From NCBI GenBank assembly GCA_040751815.1, contig JBFMHQ010000003.1:269-64268 (forward strand): 64,000 nucleotides of DNA, given 5' to 3'. The translations under genes were made by a program, and so were the position numbers. The notes under the pieces were generated by a model. That model was given only the letters and a program-made list of their open reading frames with translations. It did not search any database and had not been told where the DNA came from. The stretch comes from Bacillota bacterium (GTDB taxonomy: Bacteria > Bacillota > Desulfotomaculia > Desulfotomaculales > UBA12532). Every line of letters starts with the position of its first letter. Position 1 is the stretch's first letter. Of the stretch, positions 9,328 through 19,558 are shown piece by piece.

Positions 9328-10677
9328 TTGCACTTTCCGGGGCACGGCGGCGGGGCCGGGGCGCCGCGGGCGCTGCGCCGGCTGGGGCGCGGCTTCCTGG
9401 CGTGCGATCTTACGGAGCTTCCGGGCCTGGACGACCTGCACCGTCCCCGGGAGGCCATTGCGGCGGCGCAGCGGCTGGCCGCCTCCCTTTTTGGCGCGGA
9501 GGCTACCTTCTTTCTCGTTAACGGGAGCACCGCCGGTTTACAGGCCCTGATGCTGGGCCTTTTGCGTGCGGGGGACCGCATCGTGCTGCCGCGCCACAGC
9601 CACCGTGCGGTGGTGGCCGGGCTTATCCTTTCGGGCGCGGCGCCGGTTTTTGTCGACGACGAGCCTGTACCGGGGTTCGGCATCCCGGCCGGTCCTTCCG
9701 CGGGCGCCGTGCGCGCGGCGCTGGGAACCGGCGCGCGGGCGGTGCTGCTGGTGCATCCCAACTACTACGGCATCGCGGGGGAGATCTCACCCCTGGCGGC
9801 CGCCGCCCGGGCGGCGGCGGCCGCCCTGTGGGTCGACGAAGCCCACGGCGCCCACCTGCCTTTTGCGGGGTCTCTTTCTCCTGCGCTGGCCCAGGGAGCC
9901 GATGCCAGCGTTCAAAGCCTGCATAAGATGGGCGGCGCCCTGACGCAGGCTTCCCTCCTGCACCTGAAAGACGCGGCCGGCCTGGAGCGGGTGGCCTCCG
10001 CCCTGCGCCTTCTCCAGACCTCCAGCCCCTCCTACCTCCTGCTTCTTTCCCTCGACCTGGCACGCCGGGAACTGGCCCTGCGGGGACGTGTGCTTTTCGC
10101 GCGGGCCACCGCCAGGGCGGAAGCGGCACGCCGGGCCCTGCGCCGGGTGCCCGGCATCACGGTCCTGGAAGAAGCTCACCTCCCTCCCGGTTACCGGCTT
10201 GACCCCCTCAGGTTGGTGGTTAACTGGCGGGGAACCGGGCTTTCCGGGTACGCGGCGGCGGCACGGCTGCGGCGGCTGCGGGTGCAGGTGGAGATGGCCG
10301 ACGCGGCGCACACCGTGGCCGTTGTCGGCCCGGGAACGCCGGGTGAGGCCGTGCGGCGCTTTGTGGCCGCCGTCCGCGAGGTGGCGCGGGGGGCGCGCGG
10401 AAGAGGGGAAGAGGTTGCCCTTCTGCCGCCCCGGGGGCCGCTGGTTATGCTCCCCCGGGAGGCCTGGCTGGCGGCGAGGGAAAGGGTACCCCTCGGCCAG
10501 GCGGCGGGGCGGGTGGCCGCGGAGACGGTGGCCGTGAGCCCGCCCGGAACGCCTCTCCTCATTCCCGGGGAGAAGATTACCCCCGAAGGCGCGTCCTACC
10601 TGGAGGCGGCCTGTGCCCGCGGGTGGCCCCTCACCGGGATGGCGGCGGACGGCACCCTGGAGGTGGTCAGGGAGTGA
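9328..10677 (+). CDS. Orn/Lys/Arg decarboxylase (YaaO-like, PLP); true 5' end probably near 9255 via a frameshift
   Basis: HFPGH, DLTELPGLDDL, NGST, VDEAHG, SLHK; upstream of tmk. Confidence 0.85.
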   Translation: MHFPGHGGGAGAPRALRRLGRGFLACDLTELPGLDDLHRPREAIAAAQRLAASLFGAEATFFLVNGSTAGLQALMLGLLRAGDRIVLPRHSHRAVVAGLILSGAAPVFVDDEPVPGFGIPAGPSAGAVRAALGTGARAVLLVHPNYYGIAGEISPLAAAARAAAAALWVDEAHGAHLPFAGSLSPALAQGADASVQSLHKMGGALTQASLLHLKDAAGLERVASALRLLQTSSPSYLLLLSLDLARRELALRGRVLFARATARAEAARRALRRVPGITVLEEAHLPPGYRLDPLRLVVNWRGTGLSGYAAAARLRRLRVQVEMADAAHTVAVVGPGTPGEAVRRFVAAVREVARGARGRGEEVALLPPRGPLVMLPREAWLAARERVPLGQAAGRVAAETVAVSPPGTPLLIPGEKITPEGASYLEAACARGWPLTGMAADGTLEVVRE

Positions 10678-10729
10678 AAAATCTGGGCTTTGAGATTTGA
10701 AATTCTGAAATTGGGAGCAAAGCGACCCG

Positions 10730-11329
10730 TTGTTTATCGTTTTCGAAGGCATAGACGGGGCCGGTAAGAGCACCCAGGTCCGGCTCCTCGAGGAGGAGCT
10801 TCGGATGCGGCATTGTGCCCCGGTGGTGGTGCGCGAACCGGGGGCCACCCGGGTCGGGGAAGCCGTGCGATCGCTCCTCCTTTCCCCTGCCTACCGGGAG
10901 ATGGCGCCCGCGGCGGAGGCGCTCCTGTACTTGGCCTCCCGCGCCCAGGCCGTGGCGGAACGCATCCGGCCCGCTCTGGCCGCCGGCCGGGTGGTGCTGG
11001 CCGACAGGTTCGCGCCCTCCACCCTGGCGTACCAGGGCTACGGGAGGGGACTTGACCTGGCCCTGCTCCGGCAGGTGAACCTTCTTGCCACCGGGGGGCT
11101 GGCACCGGACCTGGTGTTTCTCCTGGACCTTCCCCCCGCAGAGGCCCTGCGCCGCGCCCGCGCCGGGGGTGCGGACCGGCTGGAGCAGGAAACCCTGTCC
11201 TTTTACGCGCGTGTCCGGCAGGGATATCTTGAGCTGGCGGCCGCAGAGGGATACCTGGTCCTGGACGGGACCCTTCCCCCGGGGGAGGTGGCCCGCAGGG
11301 TCCTCGAGGTGGTGCTGGCGCGTGTTTGA
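10730..11329 (+). CDS. tmk: Thymidylate kinase
   Basis: FIVFEGIDGAGKSTQ..REPG..DRF..S.LAYQGYGRG. Confidence 0.96.
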   Translation: MFIVFEGIDGAGKSTQVRLLEEELRMRHCAPVVVREPGATRVGEAVRSLLLSPAYREMAPAAEALLYLASRAQAVAERIRPALAAGRVVLADRFAPSTLAYQGYGRGLDLALLRQVNLLATGGLAPDLVFLLDLPPAEALRRARAGGADRLEQETLSFYARVRQGYLELAAAEGYLVLDGTLPPGEVARRVLEVVLARV

Positions 11330-12293
11330 CGAGGTTATCGGGCAGGAACAGGCCAGGAATTTTCTGGCCCGGAGCCTTGCCTCCGGTCGCGTGGCCCAGG
11401 CCTACATTTTCTACGGCCCCCCCGGCGTGGGCAAGAAAACCCTGGCGCGGGCCTTTGCGGAAGCGCTCCTTTGCGCAGCCCCCGACGGACCGTGCCGGGC
11501 ATGCGCCTCGTGCCGCCTGGCAAGCTCCGGGGCGCACCCCGACCTGCACGTGCTGTGCTCCGACGGAGCCGTGATAGGCATCGGCGAAATTCGGCGGCTG
11601 CGCGGCGTCCTGCGGTACAAGCCTTACGGCGGGCGGCACGTGGTCCTGGTGGCACCTGCCGAAGCCCTCACCGCCGAAGCCGGCAACGCCCTCCTGAAAA
11701 GCCTGGAGGAACCGGCCGGCGAGACGGTTTTCCTTCTTGTGACGGCGCATCCCGGCCGGGTGCTGCCCACAATTTTTTCCCGCTGCCTGCGGGTGCCGTT
11801 GCGCCGGCTGACGCGGGACGAGGTAGCCGCGGGGCTAATAACACGCCTTGGCCTTGACGCCGGCGCGGCCCGGGCCGTGGCGGCGCGGGCCGAAGGCAGC
11901 CTGGGACGGGCCCTGGCCCTGGCGGCGGCCCCGGATGACGGGCGGGAGACGGCCATTGCCCTGGCGGCGGCCGGCTTCGCGGACCGTCTCTGGGACCAGG
12001 TGGCGGCGGACCGTGACTCATTGCAGCAACACCTGGAAATGCTACTTTTGTGGTACCGCGACCTGGTAGTCTGGCAGGAAACACAGGACGCCGAGCTTTT
12101 AATCAACGCGGATCGCGTGGCCCAGGTCAGGGAACAGGCGGCCCGGTACGGCCCGGGCAGGGCCCTCGCGGCCGCCCTCGCGGTGGCGGCCGCCCGGCAA
12201 AAGGTTGCCCTGAACGCCAATCCGCACCTGGTGGCCGATGTCCTTTCCCTGCAGCTGGGCCGGCTTCGCAACAGAGGTGAAGATCATAGATGA
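11322..12293 (+). CDS. holB: DNA polymerase III delta' subunit
   Basis: AYIFYGPPGVGK, C..C.SC, HPD, NALLKSLEEP, TIFSRC. Confidence 0.93.
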   Translation: MFDEVIGQEQARNFLARSLASGRVAQAYIFYGPPGVGKKTLARAFAEALLCAAPDGPCRACASCRLASSGAHPDLHVLCSDGAVIGIGEIRRLRGVLRYKPYGGRHVVLVAPAEALTAEAGNALLKSLEEPAGETVFLLVTAHPGRVLPTIFSRCLRVPLRRLTRDEVAAGLITRLGLDAGAARAVAARAEGSLGRALALAAAPDDGRETAIALAAAGFADRLWDQVAADRDSLQQHLEMLLLWYRDLVVWQETQDAELLINADRVAQVREQAARYGPGRALAAALAVAAARQKVALNANPHLVADVLSLQLGRLRNRGEDHR

Positions 12294-13093
12294 CCGGTAA
12301 GGCGGTGGGGGTTAAGTTCCGTAAAGCCGGCAGGATATACTATTTCGACCCCGGCAACCTGGAACTTATGGTCGGGGATGGGGTCATCGTGGAAACCGCG
12401 CGGGGCGTTGAGTACGGGACGGTGGTCACGGAGCCCCGGGAGTGGCCTGCGGAGGGCGAGGAGCCCTTAAAGCCGGTGGTGCGCAAGGCGGACGCGGCCG
12501 ACCTGGAGCTGGTTCTCGCCAACGAGGCCCGGGAGAAGGAAGCCTTCGCCATCTGCCAGGACAAGATCGCGGCCCACGGCCTCCCCATGAAGCTTGTCGA
12601 CGTCGACTACACCTTCGACGGCTCGAAGATCATTTTCTATTTCACCGCCGAAGGGAGAATCGACTTCCGCGAACTGGTCCGCGACCTGGCGGCGGTCTTC
12701 CGTACCCGCATCGAACTGCGCCAGATCGGGGTGCGGGACGAGGCCAAAATGCTCGGCGGCCTCGGCTGCTGCGGGCGGGAACTCTGCTGCGCCACCTGGC
12801 TCCGGGAATTCAGCCCGGTTTCCATCAGGATGGCCAAGGACCAGAACCTCTCCCTGAACCCGGCCAAGATCTCCGGCATCTGCGGCCGGCTGATGTGCTG
12901 CCTGAAGTTCGAGAACGAAGTTTACGAGGACGCCAGGGAGGGACTGCCTGAGGTGGGCAGCCGCGTCACCACACCCGACGGCGAAGGGAAGGTGGTGGGG
13001 GTCAACATCTTCCGCCACACCGTTAACGTGGAGCTCAAGGAGACCAAAGTGGTGCGGGAGTTCCCGCCGGACAAGGTCATGCCGGCGCCGTAG
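12290..13093 (+). CDS. ricT: PSP1/YaaT (RicT) family protein
   Basis: FYFTAEGRIDFRELV..RQIGVRDEAK..CGRELCC..KISGICGRLMCCL. Confidence 0.95.
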   Translation: MTGKAVGVKFRKAGRIYYFDPGNLELMVGDGVIVETARGVEYGTVVTEPREWPAEGEEPLKPVVRKADAADLELVLANEAREKEAFAICQDKIAAHGLPMKLVDVDYTFDGSKIIFYFTAEGRIDFRELVRDLAAVFRTRIELRQIGVRDEAKMLGGLGCCGRELCCATWLREFSPVSIRMAKDQNLSLNPAKISGICGRLMCCLKFENEVYEDAREGLPEVGSRVTTPDGEGKVVGVNIFRHTVNVELKETKVVREFPPDKVMPAP

Positions 13094-13115
13094 GGTATAA
13101 AGCGGGGGGAGGACC

Positions 13116-13958
13116 GTGGCCGAAAAAGGCATCCTTTACCTTTGCGCGACGCCCATCGGCAACCTTGAAGACATAACCCTGCGGGTACTCAGGGTCCTGC
13201 GCGAAGCCGACCTCATCGCCGCCGAGGACACCCGCCACACCAGAAAGCTTCTGGCCCACTACGGGATCAGGGGGCGGCTCACCAGCTACCATGCCCACAA
13301 CGCGAAGAAGAAAAGCGAGGAGTTGCTTGCCCTGGTGCGGGCGGGGAAGCAGGTGGCGGTGGTAAGCGACGCCGGGCTGCCGGGCGTCTCGGACCCGGGC
13401 GCGGAGCTGGTGGCCCGGGCCGTTGCGGAAGGACTACCGGTGGTGGCCCTTCCCGGGGCCTGCGCGCTGGTGACGGCCCTGGTGGTTTCGGGTTTGCGCA
13501 CGGACCGCTTTGTCTTCGAAGGGTTCCTGCCGCGCCGGGGGCGGAAAAAAGCCCTGGCGCGCCTGGCGCGGGAACCGCGCACCATCATCCTTTACGAGGC
13601 GCCGCACCGCCTCCTGCAAACCCTGGAGGCTATCCTGGCGGAACTCGGCGACCGGCGGGTGGCGGTGGCGCGGGAGCTTACCAAGGAGTTCGAGGAGGTT
13701 TACCGCGGCACGGTTGGGGAGGCCCTGGACCATTTCCGGGCGCAGCCGCCGCGGGGTGAGATTACCATTGTCCTGGAGGGGGCGGAGTGCGGCGCGCGGG
13801 AGGATCCCGGGGAAAAGAACGGCCTGGCGGCGGAGGTGCGGGAAGCTGAGGCGCGGGGACTTTCCCGCGTGGCGGCCATAAAAGAAGTAGCCCGCAGGCG
13901 CGGGCTTAAAAAACGCGAGCTTTACCGGGTATTGCTCAAAGAAAAGGGCGAAGCATAA
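13116..13958 (+). CDS. rsmI: 16S rRNA C1402 2'-O-methyltransferase
   Basis: LYLCATPIGNLEDIT.R..AEDTR..SDAG.P..SDPG..RELTK. Confidence 0.96.
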   Translation: MAEKGILYLCATPIGNLEDITLRVLRVLREADLIAAEDTRHTRKLLAHYGIRGRLTSYHAHNAKKKSEELLALVRAGKQVAVVSDAGLPGVSDPGAELVARAVAEGLPVVALPGACALVTALVVSGLRTDRFVFEGFLPRRGRKKALARLAREPRTIILYEAPHRLLQTLEAILAELGDRRVAVARELTKEFEEVYRGTVGEALDHFRAQPPRGEITIVLEGAECGAREDPGEKNGLAAEVREAEARGLSRVAAIKEVARRRGLKKRELYRVLLKEKGEA

Positions 13959-13966
13959 GGGAACCT

Positions 13967-14221
13967 CTACATGGCCTTGGCCGCGTTGAACATGGCCAGT
14001 GCACACTCCCGGCAGACCAGCTTGCCGCGGAAGTGCTGGACGTCGGACGCGTTCCCGCAAAATACGCACGCGGGCTCGTACTTTTTGAGGATGATCTTCT
14101 CGTTGTCTACGTAGATTTCCAGCGGGTCTTTCTCCTGAATGCCCAGCGTGCGCCGGAGTTCGATGGGGATTACCACGCGACCCAGCTCGTCCACCTTACG
14201 GACAACCCCCGTCGACTTCAC
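13967..14221 (-). CDS. abrB: Transition-state regulator AbrB
   Basis: MKSTGVVRKVDELGRVVIPIELRRTL; convergent with rsmI and divergent from metG as in Bacillus. Confidence 0.96.
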   Translation of the reverse strand: MKSTGVVRKVDELGRVVIPIELRRTLGIQEKDPLEIYVDNEKIILKKYEPACVFCGNASDVQHFRGKLVCRECALAMFNAAKAM

Positions 14222-14248
14222 CTCTTACCCTCCCCCCAGTTAGTGTGC

Positions 14249-14309
14249 TTCGACACAATAAAACAAATTTGCGCAAGTAAATGGTACCAACCGTTCCATT
14301 AAAAGTCAA
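14249..14309 (-). promoter_or_regulatory. abrB SigA promoter with downstream Spo0A box
   Basis: Minus strand TTGACT-17-TACCAT (14309-14281) and a perfect TGTCGAA at 14255-14249. Confidence 0.75.
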
Positions 14310-14432
14310 TACCCCTGAACAAAATTTTTTACAAAATTTTTGGGCGCTCGACGGCGTTAACCCGCTTAACTTGACAATCCAATTTTTTCTCGGTTAGAAT
14401 CCAAAGTGATTTGAGAAGCGGAGTGTGATCTC

Positions 14433-15971
14433 TTGGGCAGGCCAACCTTCTACATAACGACACCCATCTACTACCCCAGCGACCGGCTGCATATCGGCCA
14501 CGCCTACACCACGGTGGCGGCGGACGCCATGGCCCGCTTCAAGCGCATGACCGGTTACGACGTATGGTTCCTTACCGGTTCGGACGAGCACGGCCAGAAG
14601 ATCGAGCGCGCCGCCCGGGCGCGCGGCAGGTCGCCCCAGGCTTATGTGGACGAAATCGTGGCCGGGTTCAAGGAACTCTGGGCCCGCCTTGACATAAGTT
14701 ACGATGACTTTATCCGGACCACCGAACCCCGGCACGAACGGGTGGTGACCGCCGTTTTCGAGCGGCTTTACGCCCAGGGGGACATCTACAAGGCAACCTA
14801 CGAGGGATGGTACTGCACCCCCTGCGAAACCTTCTGGGCGGAGGCGCGCCTGGTGGACGGCAACTGTCCGGACTGCGGGCGCGCGGTGGAACTGCTGCAG
14901 GAGGAGAGCTACTTCTTCCGCCTGGCCAGGTACGCCGACCGCCTGCTGGACCACATCGCCCGGCATCCGGAGTTCATCCAGCCCGAAGCGCGCCGGAACG
15001 AGGTGGTAAGCTTTATCAAGATGGGTCTCGAGGACCTGTGCGTCTCGCGCACCACCTTCGACTGGGGCATCCGCGTCCCTTTCGACCCGCGCCACGTGGT
15101 CTACGTCTGGATCGATGCCCTCACCAACTACATCTCGGCCCTGGGTTACGGCACCCCCGAGGACGAACTCTTCCGCAAGTTCTGGCCGGCGGATGTACAC
15201 CTGGTGGGGAAGGATATCATCCGCTTCCACTGCATCATCTGGCCGATTCTCCTCATGGCCCTGGGGATCGAGCTCCCCAGGCGGGTTGTCGGCCACGGGT
15301 GGCTGCTTCTGGAAAGCGGGAAAATGTCAAAGTCCAGGGGCAACGTGGTCGATCCCCTGGTGCTGATAGACAGGTACGGTGTCGATGCCATTCGTTATTA
15401 CCTCCTGCGGGAATTGCCGCCGGGGGCCGACGGGTATTACAGCGAGGAGAACCTGGTGGCCCGGATTAACACCGATCTCGCCAACGACCTGGGAAATCTC
15501 CTGAGCCGGCTGACGGCGATGATCACCAGGTACCAGGGCGGGGTGGTGGAAGGGCCGGGTGACACCGGCGCCCTGGACCAGGAGCTGATTGATCTTGCCG
15601 TAGGTGCCCCGGCGGAGATGGCCGCCATGATGGACGCCTTCGACCTGCCGGGGGCCCTCGGCGCGGTCTGGCGGGTGGTCAACCGGGCCAACAAATACAT
15701 CGAGGAAACGGCGCCCTGGTCCCTGGCCAGGGAAGGGCGCAAGGAGCGGCTGGCCACGGTCCTTTACAACCTGGCGGAGGCCTACCGCTTTGTCACCGTG
15801 ATGCTGGCGCCGTTCATGCCCGGCCTGCCGGCGCGCGTCTGGGAGCAACTGGGGCTCCGCGACCGCCCGGAACTTGCCACCTGGGAGGCGCTGCGCTGGG
15901 GCGCGCTGCCCCCCGGCACCAGGATCAACCGGGGCGCCCCGCTCTTCCCGCGGCTTGAGGCGGCAGGGTAA
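14433..15971 (+). CDS. metG: Methionyl-tRNA synthetase (short form, no C-terminal tRNA-binding domain)
   Basis: FYITTPIYY..LHIGH, KMSKS; promoter TTGACA-18-TAGAAT at 14371-14400. Confidence 0.97.
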   Translation: MGRPTFYITTPIYYPSDRLHIGHAYTTVAADAMARFKRMTGYDVWFLTGSDEHGQKIERAARARGRSPQAYVDEIVAGFKELWARLDISYDDFIRTTEPRHERVVTAVFERLYAQGDIYKATYEGWYCTPCETFWAEARLVDGNCPDCGRAVELLQEESYFFRLARYADRLLDHIARHPEFIQPEARRNEVVSFIKMGLEDLCVSRTTFDWGIRVPFDPRHVVYVWIDALTNYISALGYGTPEDELFRKFWPADVHLVGKDIIRFHCIIWPILLMALGIELPRRVVGHGWLLLESGKMSKSRGNVVDPLVLIDRYGVDAIRYYLLRELPPGADGYYSEENLVARINTDLANDLGNLLSRLTAMITRYQGGVVEGPGDTGALDQELIDLAVGAPAEMAAMMDAFDLPGALGAVWRVVNRANKYIEETAPWSLAREGRKERLATVLYNLAEAYRFVTVMLAPFMPGLPARVWEQLGLRDRPELATWEALRWGALPPGTRINRGAPLFPRLEAAG

Positions 15972-16783
15972 TGGTGCTGGTAGACACCCACGTGCACCTG
16001 AACGACCGGCGCTTTGCCCGCGACCTGGCCGAAGTGCTGGCGCGGGCCAGGCGGGCGGGCGTGGGAGCGATGATCTGCGTCGGCTGGGACCTCCCCTCCT
16101 CCGAGGCGGCCGTAAGGCTGGCCGGCGAACTGGCCGGGGTTTGGGCAGCGGTGGGCATCCACCCCCACGACGCCGCCAAGGCGCCCCCCGACTTCGTGGC
16201 CAGGCTCCGGGACCTGGCCCGGCGGCCCGGGGTGGTGGCCATCGGCGAGGCGGGGCTCGATTATTACCGGGATCTTTCGCCGCGGGATGTCCAGCGGGAG
16301 GTGTTTCGGGCCCAGATGGGGCTGGCGCGGGAGCTCGGCCTTCCCCTCATCGTGCACACCCGGGACGCCGAGCCCGACGCGCTGGCCCTCCTGGAGCAGG
16401 AAGGGCCGCCGGTGGCCGTGATGCACTGCTTCGCCGGCGACCGCCGCCTGGCCGCCCGGTATGTGGCCCTCGGTTACTACCTGGGTTTCGGGGGGACGCT
16501 GACCTACCGGCGCAACGAGGAATTGCGCCGCGCGGCGCAGGAGGTGCCGCCGGACAGGGTGCTCCTGGAGACGGACGCACCTTACCTCCCGCCGGAACCA
16601 TGGCGGGGCCGGCGCAACGAGCCGGCGCTCCTGGCCCGCGTGGCGGAAACCCTGGCGGAACTCCGGGGCCTGGCGGTGAGGGAGGTGGCCGCGCTCACCG
16701 CCAGCAACGCCCGGCGGGTTTTCACCCTGGAGGCCGGGGGATATAACGGTGAAGGAGAGGAAGCATGCCGGAGCGGGGGTTAA
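15971..16783 (+). CDS. tatD: TatD-family hydrolase
   Basis: DTHVHL, GIHPH, IGEAGLDY, ETDAPYL. Confidence 0.95.
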   Translation: MVLVDTHVHLNDRRFARDLAEVLARARRAGVGAMICVGWDLPSSEAAVRLAGELAGVWAAVGIHPHDAAKAPPDFVARLRDLARRPGVVAIGEAGLDYYRDLSPRDVQREVFRAQMGLARELGLPLIVHTRDAEPDALALLEQEGPPVAVMHCFAGDRRLAARYVALGYYLGFGGTLTYRRNEELRRAAQEVPPDRVLLETDAPYLPPEPWRGRRNEPALLARVAETLAELRGLAVREVAALTASNARRVFTLEAGGYNGEGEEACRSGG

Positions 16784-17292
16784 TTATCGTTTACACCGGC
16801 CACGGAAAGGGGAAGACCACCGCCGCCCTCGGGCTGGCCCTGCGCGCCTGGGGCCAGGGGCTGCGGGTCCTCGTTCTCCAGTTCCTCAAAGGGCGCTGGG
16901 AAACCGGCGAGTTGAAGGCGGCGGCGAAAATGGAGGGCCTGGAGGTCCGCCCCCTGGGTGAGGGCTTCGTCCGGCTCGGGGACGAAGCGGCCCTGCCGAA
17001 GCACCGGGCGGCGGCCCAGAAGGCCTTCGCCGAGGCCTGGGAAGCGGTGGGCGGCGGCCGCTACGACCTGGTCGTCCTCGACGAAATCTTCTACGCCGTC
17101 AAGTTCGGCTTCATCACGGTGGAGGATATCCTTAACCTCCTGGAGCACAAGGCGCCCGGAGTGCACCTGGTGCTGACCGGCCGCAGCGCGCCGGCGGCCG
17201 TTATTGAGGCCGCCGATCTGGTCACCGAGATGCGGGAGGTCAAGCACCCCTACACCCACGGTGCACCTGCCCGGAGGGGCGTTGAATACTAG
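16765..17292 (+). CDS. cobO: Cob(I)yrinic acid a,c-diamide adenosyltransferase
   Basis: YTGHGKGKTTAA, LDE, LTGR, ADLVTEM..KHP. Confidence 0.93.
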   Translation: MPERGLIIVYTGHGKGKTTAALGLALRAWGQGLRVLVLQFLKGRWETGELKAAAKMEGLEVRPLGEGFVRLGDEAALPKHRAAAQKAFAEAWEAVGGGRYDLVVLDEIFYAVKFGFITVEDILNLLEHKAPGVHLVLTGRSAPAAVIEAADLVTEMREVKHPYTHGAPARRGVEY

Positions 17293-17409
17293 AAAACCCG
17301 CAAAAAACCCGCTAATTTCCCTTTCTCCTGCGCCGTTCCCCACATTTCGCGCTCTTCGCGCGGCAGGATTCCCCGGCAGGCGGCGCGAATATAATATACC
17401 GGTGATGGT

Positions 17410-18420
17410 ATGGCGTGGCAAACCGTAAAAAGACCGGAGATGCAGAGAAGCGCTGCCAGGGCACGGAGGAGCCGCCTCCTCCGTGCCCTGGCGGCGACGG
17501 CGGTCGTAGCCGTGCTGGCCTGCGCGGGATACGCCTGGGCGGCCAAGGAGGTAACGATTCTCGACGAGGGGAGGGAAGTGCGCCTTACCGCCCTGGGCGG
17601 CACGGTGGCGTCGGTGCTCCGGGATGCCGGTATCACCCTGGGGCCGAAAGACGCGGTGGAGCCTTCCCCCGACACACGGGTGCGGGACGGTATGCGGATC
17701 ATGATCACCCGTGCCATCAGGGTACGGGTGCTGAGCGGGGAAGTTGAGCAGGTTCTCCTGACCAGGGCGCGGACGGTGGGCGAGGTCCTGGAAGAGTGCG
17801 GGTTGGATCCCGGCGGCCGGGATATTATCGCGCCGCCGCCGGAAACCCCCGTACGTGACGGGACGACCATCAACGTTACCCGGGTATCGGTCCGGTTCGA
17901 GGAGAAGCGGGTGCCGCTCCCCTACCGGGTGCGCCGCGAAAACAGCCCGGCCCTCATGCGTGGCCAGGCACGGGTGGCCCAGGCGGGCAGCCCCGGGGAG
18001 GAGTGGCAGAAATGGCAGGTCGTGCTGCACAACGGCAAGGAGGTCGAGCGGCAGCTTGTCGCGCGGCGGGTTGTCAGGCCGCCGCAGGATAAAATCGTCC
18101 TGGTGGGCATGGCCGCGGGGGTTTCCCGCGGGGCGCCCCCCGACCTCCGTTACAGCCGGGTGATGAACATGCGCTCCACGGCGTATACTTATACGGGACA
18201 GAACACCGCTTCCGGCATTCCGCCCTCGCGGGGCACGGCGGCCGTGGACCCGCAGGTGATTCCCTTAGGGACGCGGCTCTACGTGGAGGGGTACGGGCCG
18301 GCCCGGGCGCTGGACGTGGGCAGCAGTGTGAAAGGAAACCGCATCGACGTTTTCTTCCCGACGCGCAGCGAGGCGCTGGCGTGGGGCGTAAGGTGGGTCA
18401 ACGTATACATCCTGGAGTAA
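17410..18420 (+). CDS. yabE: YabE-like cell-wall protein (DUF348 x2, G5, 3D domain)
   Basis: N-terminal anchor; STAYT..TASG..AVDP.VIPLGT.LYVEGYG..A.D.G..GNRIDVF. Confidence 0.9.
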   Translation: MAWQTVKRPEMQRSAARARRSRLLRALAATAVVAVLACAGYAWAAKEVTILDEGREVRLTALGGTVASVLRDAGITLGPKDAVEPSPDTRVRDGMRIMITRAIRVRVLSGEVEQVLLTRARTVGEVLEECGLDPGGRDIIAPPPETPVRDGTTINVTRVSVRFEEKRVPLPYRVRRENSPALMRGQARVAQAGSPGEEWQKWQVVLHNGKEVERQLVARRVVRPPQDKIVLVGMAAGVSRGAPPDLRYSRVMNMRSTAYTYTGQNTASGIPPSRGTAAVDPQVIPLGTRLYVEGYGPARALDVGSSVKGNRIDVFFPTRSEALAWGVRWVNVYILE

Positions 18421-18493
18421 GGGGGCTGAGGCCCCCGTTTATATTCTCCGGGCGGCCACTCCCGCGCCTTCAACACGCAATTTTACCGTTGCA

Positions 18494-19408
18494 ATGGGAA
18501 ATATCTCCGGAGAAACGGGTAAGAATGAAGTAACGTCCCTCAATCTGACCTCTCCGGCGGGCGTTAAGGCCCTGCTGTCCCGGTACGGTATTGTACCCCG
18601 CAAGGCCCTGGGACAGCATTTCCTGGTGGCGGCCCCGGTCCTGGACCGCATTCTGGAGAGCCTCGCCCTCGTGCCGGGGGAAACCGTGGTGGAGATCGGC
18701 CCCGGCCTTGGCGTTCTCACCCGGCGCCTGGCGGCGGCGGGGGTAACGGTGGTGGCGGTGGAACTGGACGGGCGGCTGCTGCCGGTGCTGGGCGAGGTAC
18801 TGGCCCCGTACCCCAACGCCAGGGTGGTGCACGGGGACGCCCTGGAAGCGGACTTCGACGCCCTGGTCAGGTCGCAGGGAGGCACAATTCCTTACAAGGT
18901 GGCCGGGAACCTCCCGTACAACATTACAGGCCCGCTGGTGGCGCGCCTGCTGCGGGGCGGTTTTGCCCTGGAGCGCCTGGTGCTCATGGTGCAGCAGGAG
19001 GTGGCCGAGCGCCTGGTGGCCCGGCCCGGAAGCAAGGATTACGGGGCGCTCACCGTCCTGGTCCGGTACCGCACCGACTGCCGGATCGTGGCGCGGGTTT
19101 CGCGCCGGTGCTTCTACCCCCCACCGGAAGTGGCCTCCGCGGTGGTGCGCCTGCTCGTTCGCCGGCGGCCTGCGGTGGCGGTAGCCGACGAGTCCCTTTT
19201 CTTTTGCCTCGTGCGGGCCGCCTTTGCCCGGCGGCGCAAGACCCTGTTGAACGCCTTGCGGGCGGAATTTCCCCTGGATAAAGGTGCCTGGGAGAAGGTC
19301 CTGGGGCGGGCCGGCATAGACCCGCAGCGCCGCGGCGAGACCCTCAGCGTGGAGGAATTCGCCTCCCTGGCCGATGCTCTGGCCGGTGAAGAAGGGTTTT
19401 CCCCGTAA
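18494..19408 (+). CDS. rsmA: 16S rRNA dimethyladenosine transferase KsgA
   Basis: LGQHFL, EIGPGLG, NLPYNI, QRRGETLS; start uncertain. Confidence 0.95.
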   Translation: MGNISGETGKNEVTSLNLTSPAGVKALLSRYGIVPRKALGQHFLVAAPVLDRILESLALVPGETVVEIGPGLGVLTRRLAAAGVTVVAVELDGRLLPVLGEVLAPYPNARVVHGDALEADFDALVRSQGGTIPYKVAGNLPYNITGPLVARLLRGGFALERLVLMVQQEVAERLVARPGSKDYGALTVLVRYRTDCRIVARVSRRCFYPPPEVASAVVRLLVRRRPAVAVADESLFFCLVRAAFARRRKTLLNALRAEFPLDKGAWEKVLGRAGIDPQRRGETLSVEEFASLADALAGEEGFSP

Positions 19409-19558
19409 ATACCCCCCCGACCGGCCGGCCCGCCTTCCGGTTGCGGCCGGGCCGCATGCCGATGTACGGCGGTGTCGCGGTCCGGAGAAAATCGCCGGCT
19501 CCGGTCACGGGGCGTGGTATAATAGTGGTGAAGACACGGGTTGAGGGAAGGGAAAGCG

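Noticed and set aside
14371..14432. T-box leader for metG
   Set aside because: The promoter is only about 30 nt from the start, leaving no room, and no T-box motif is present
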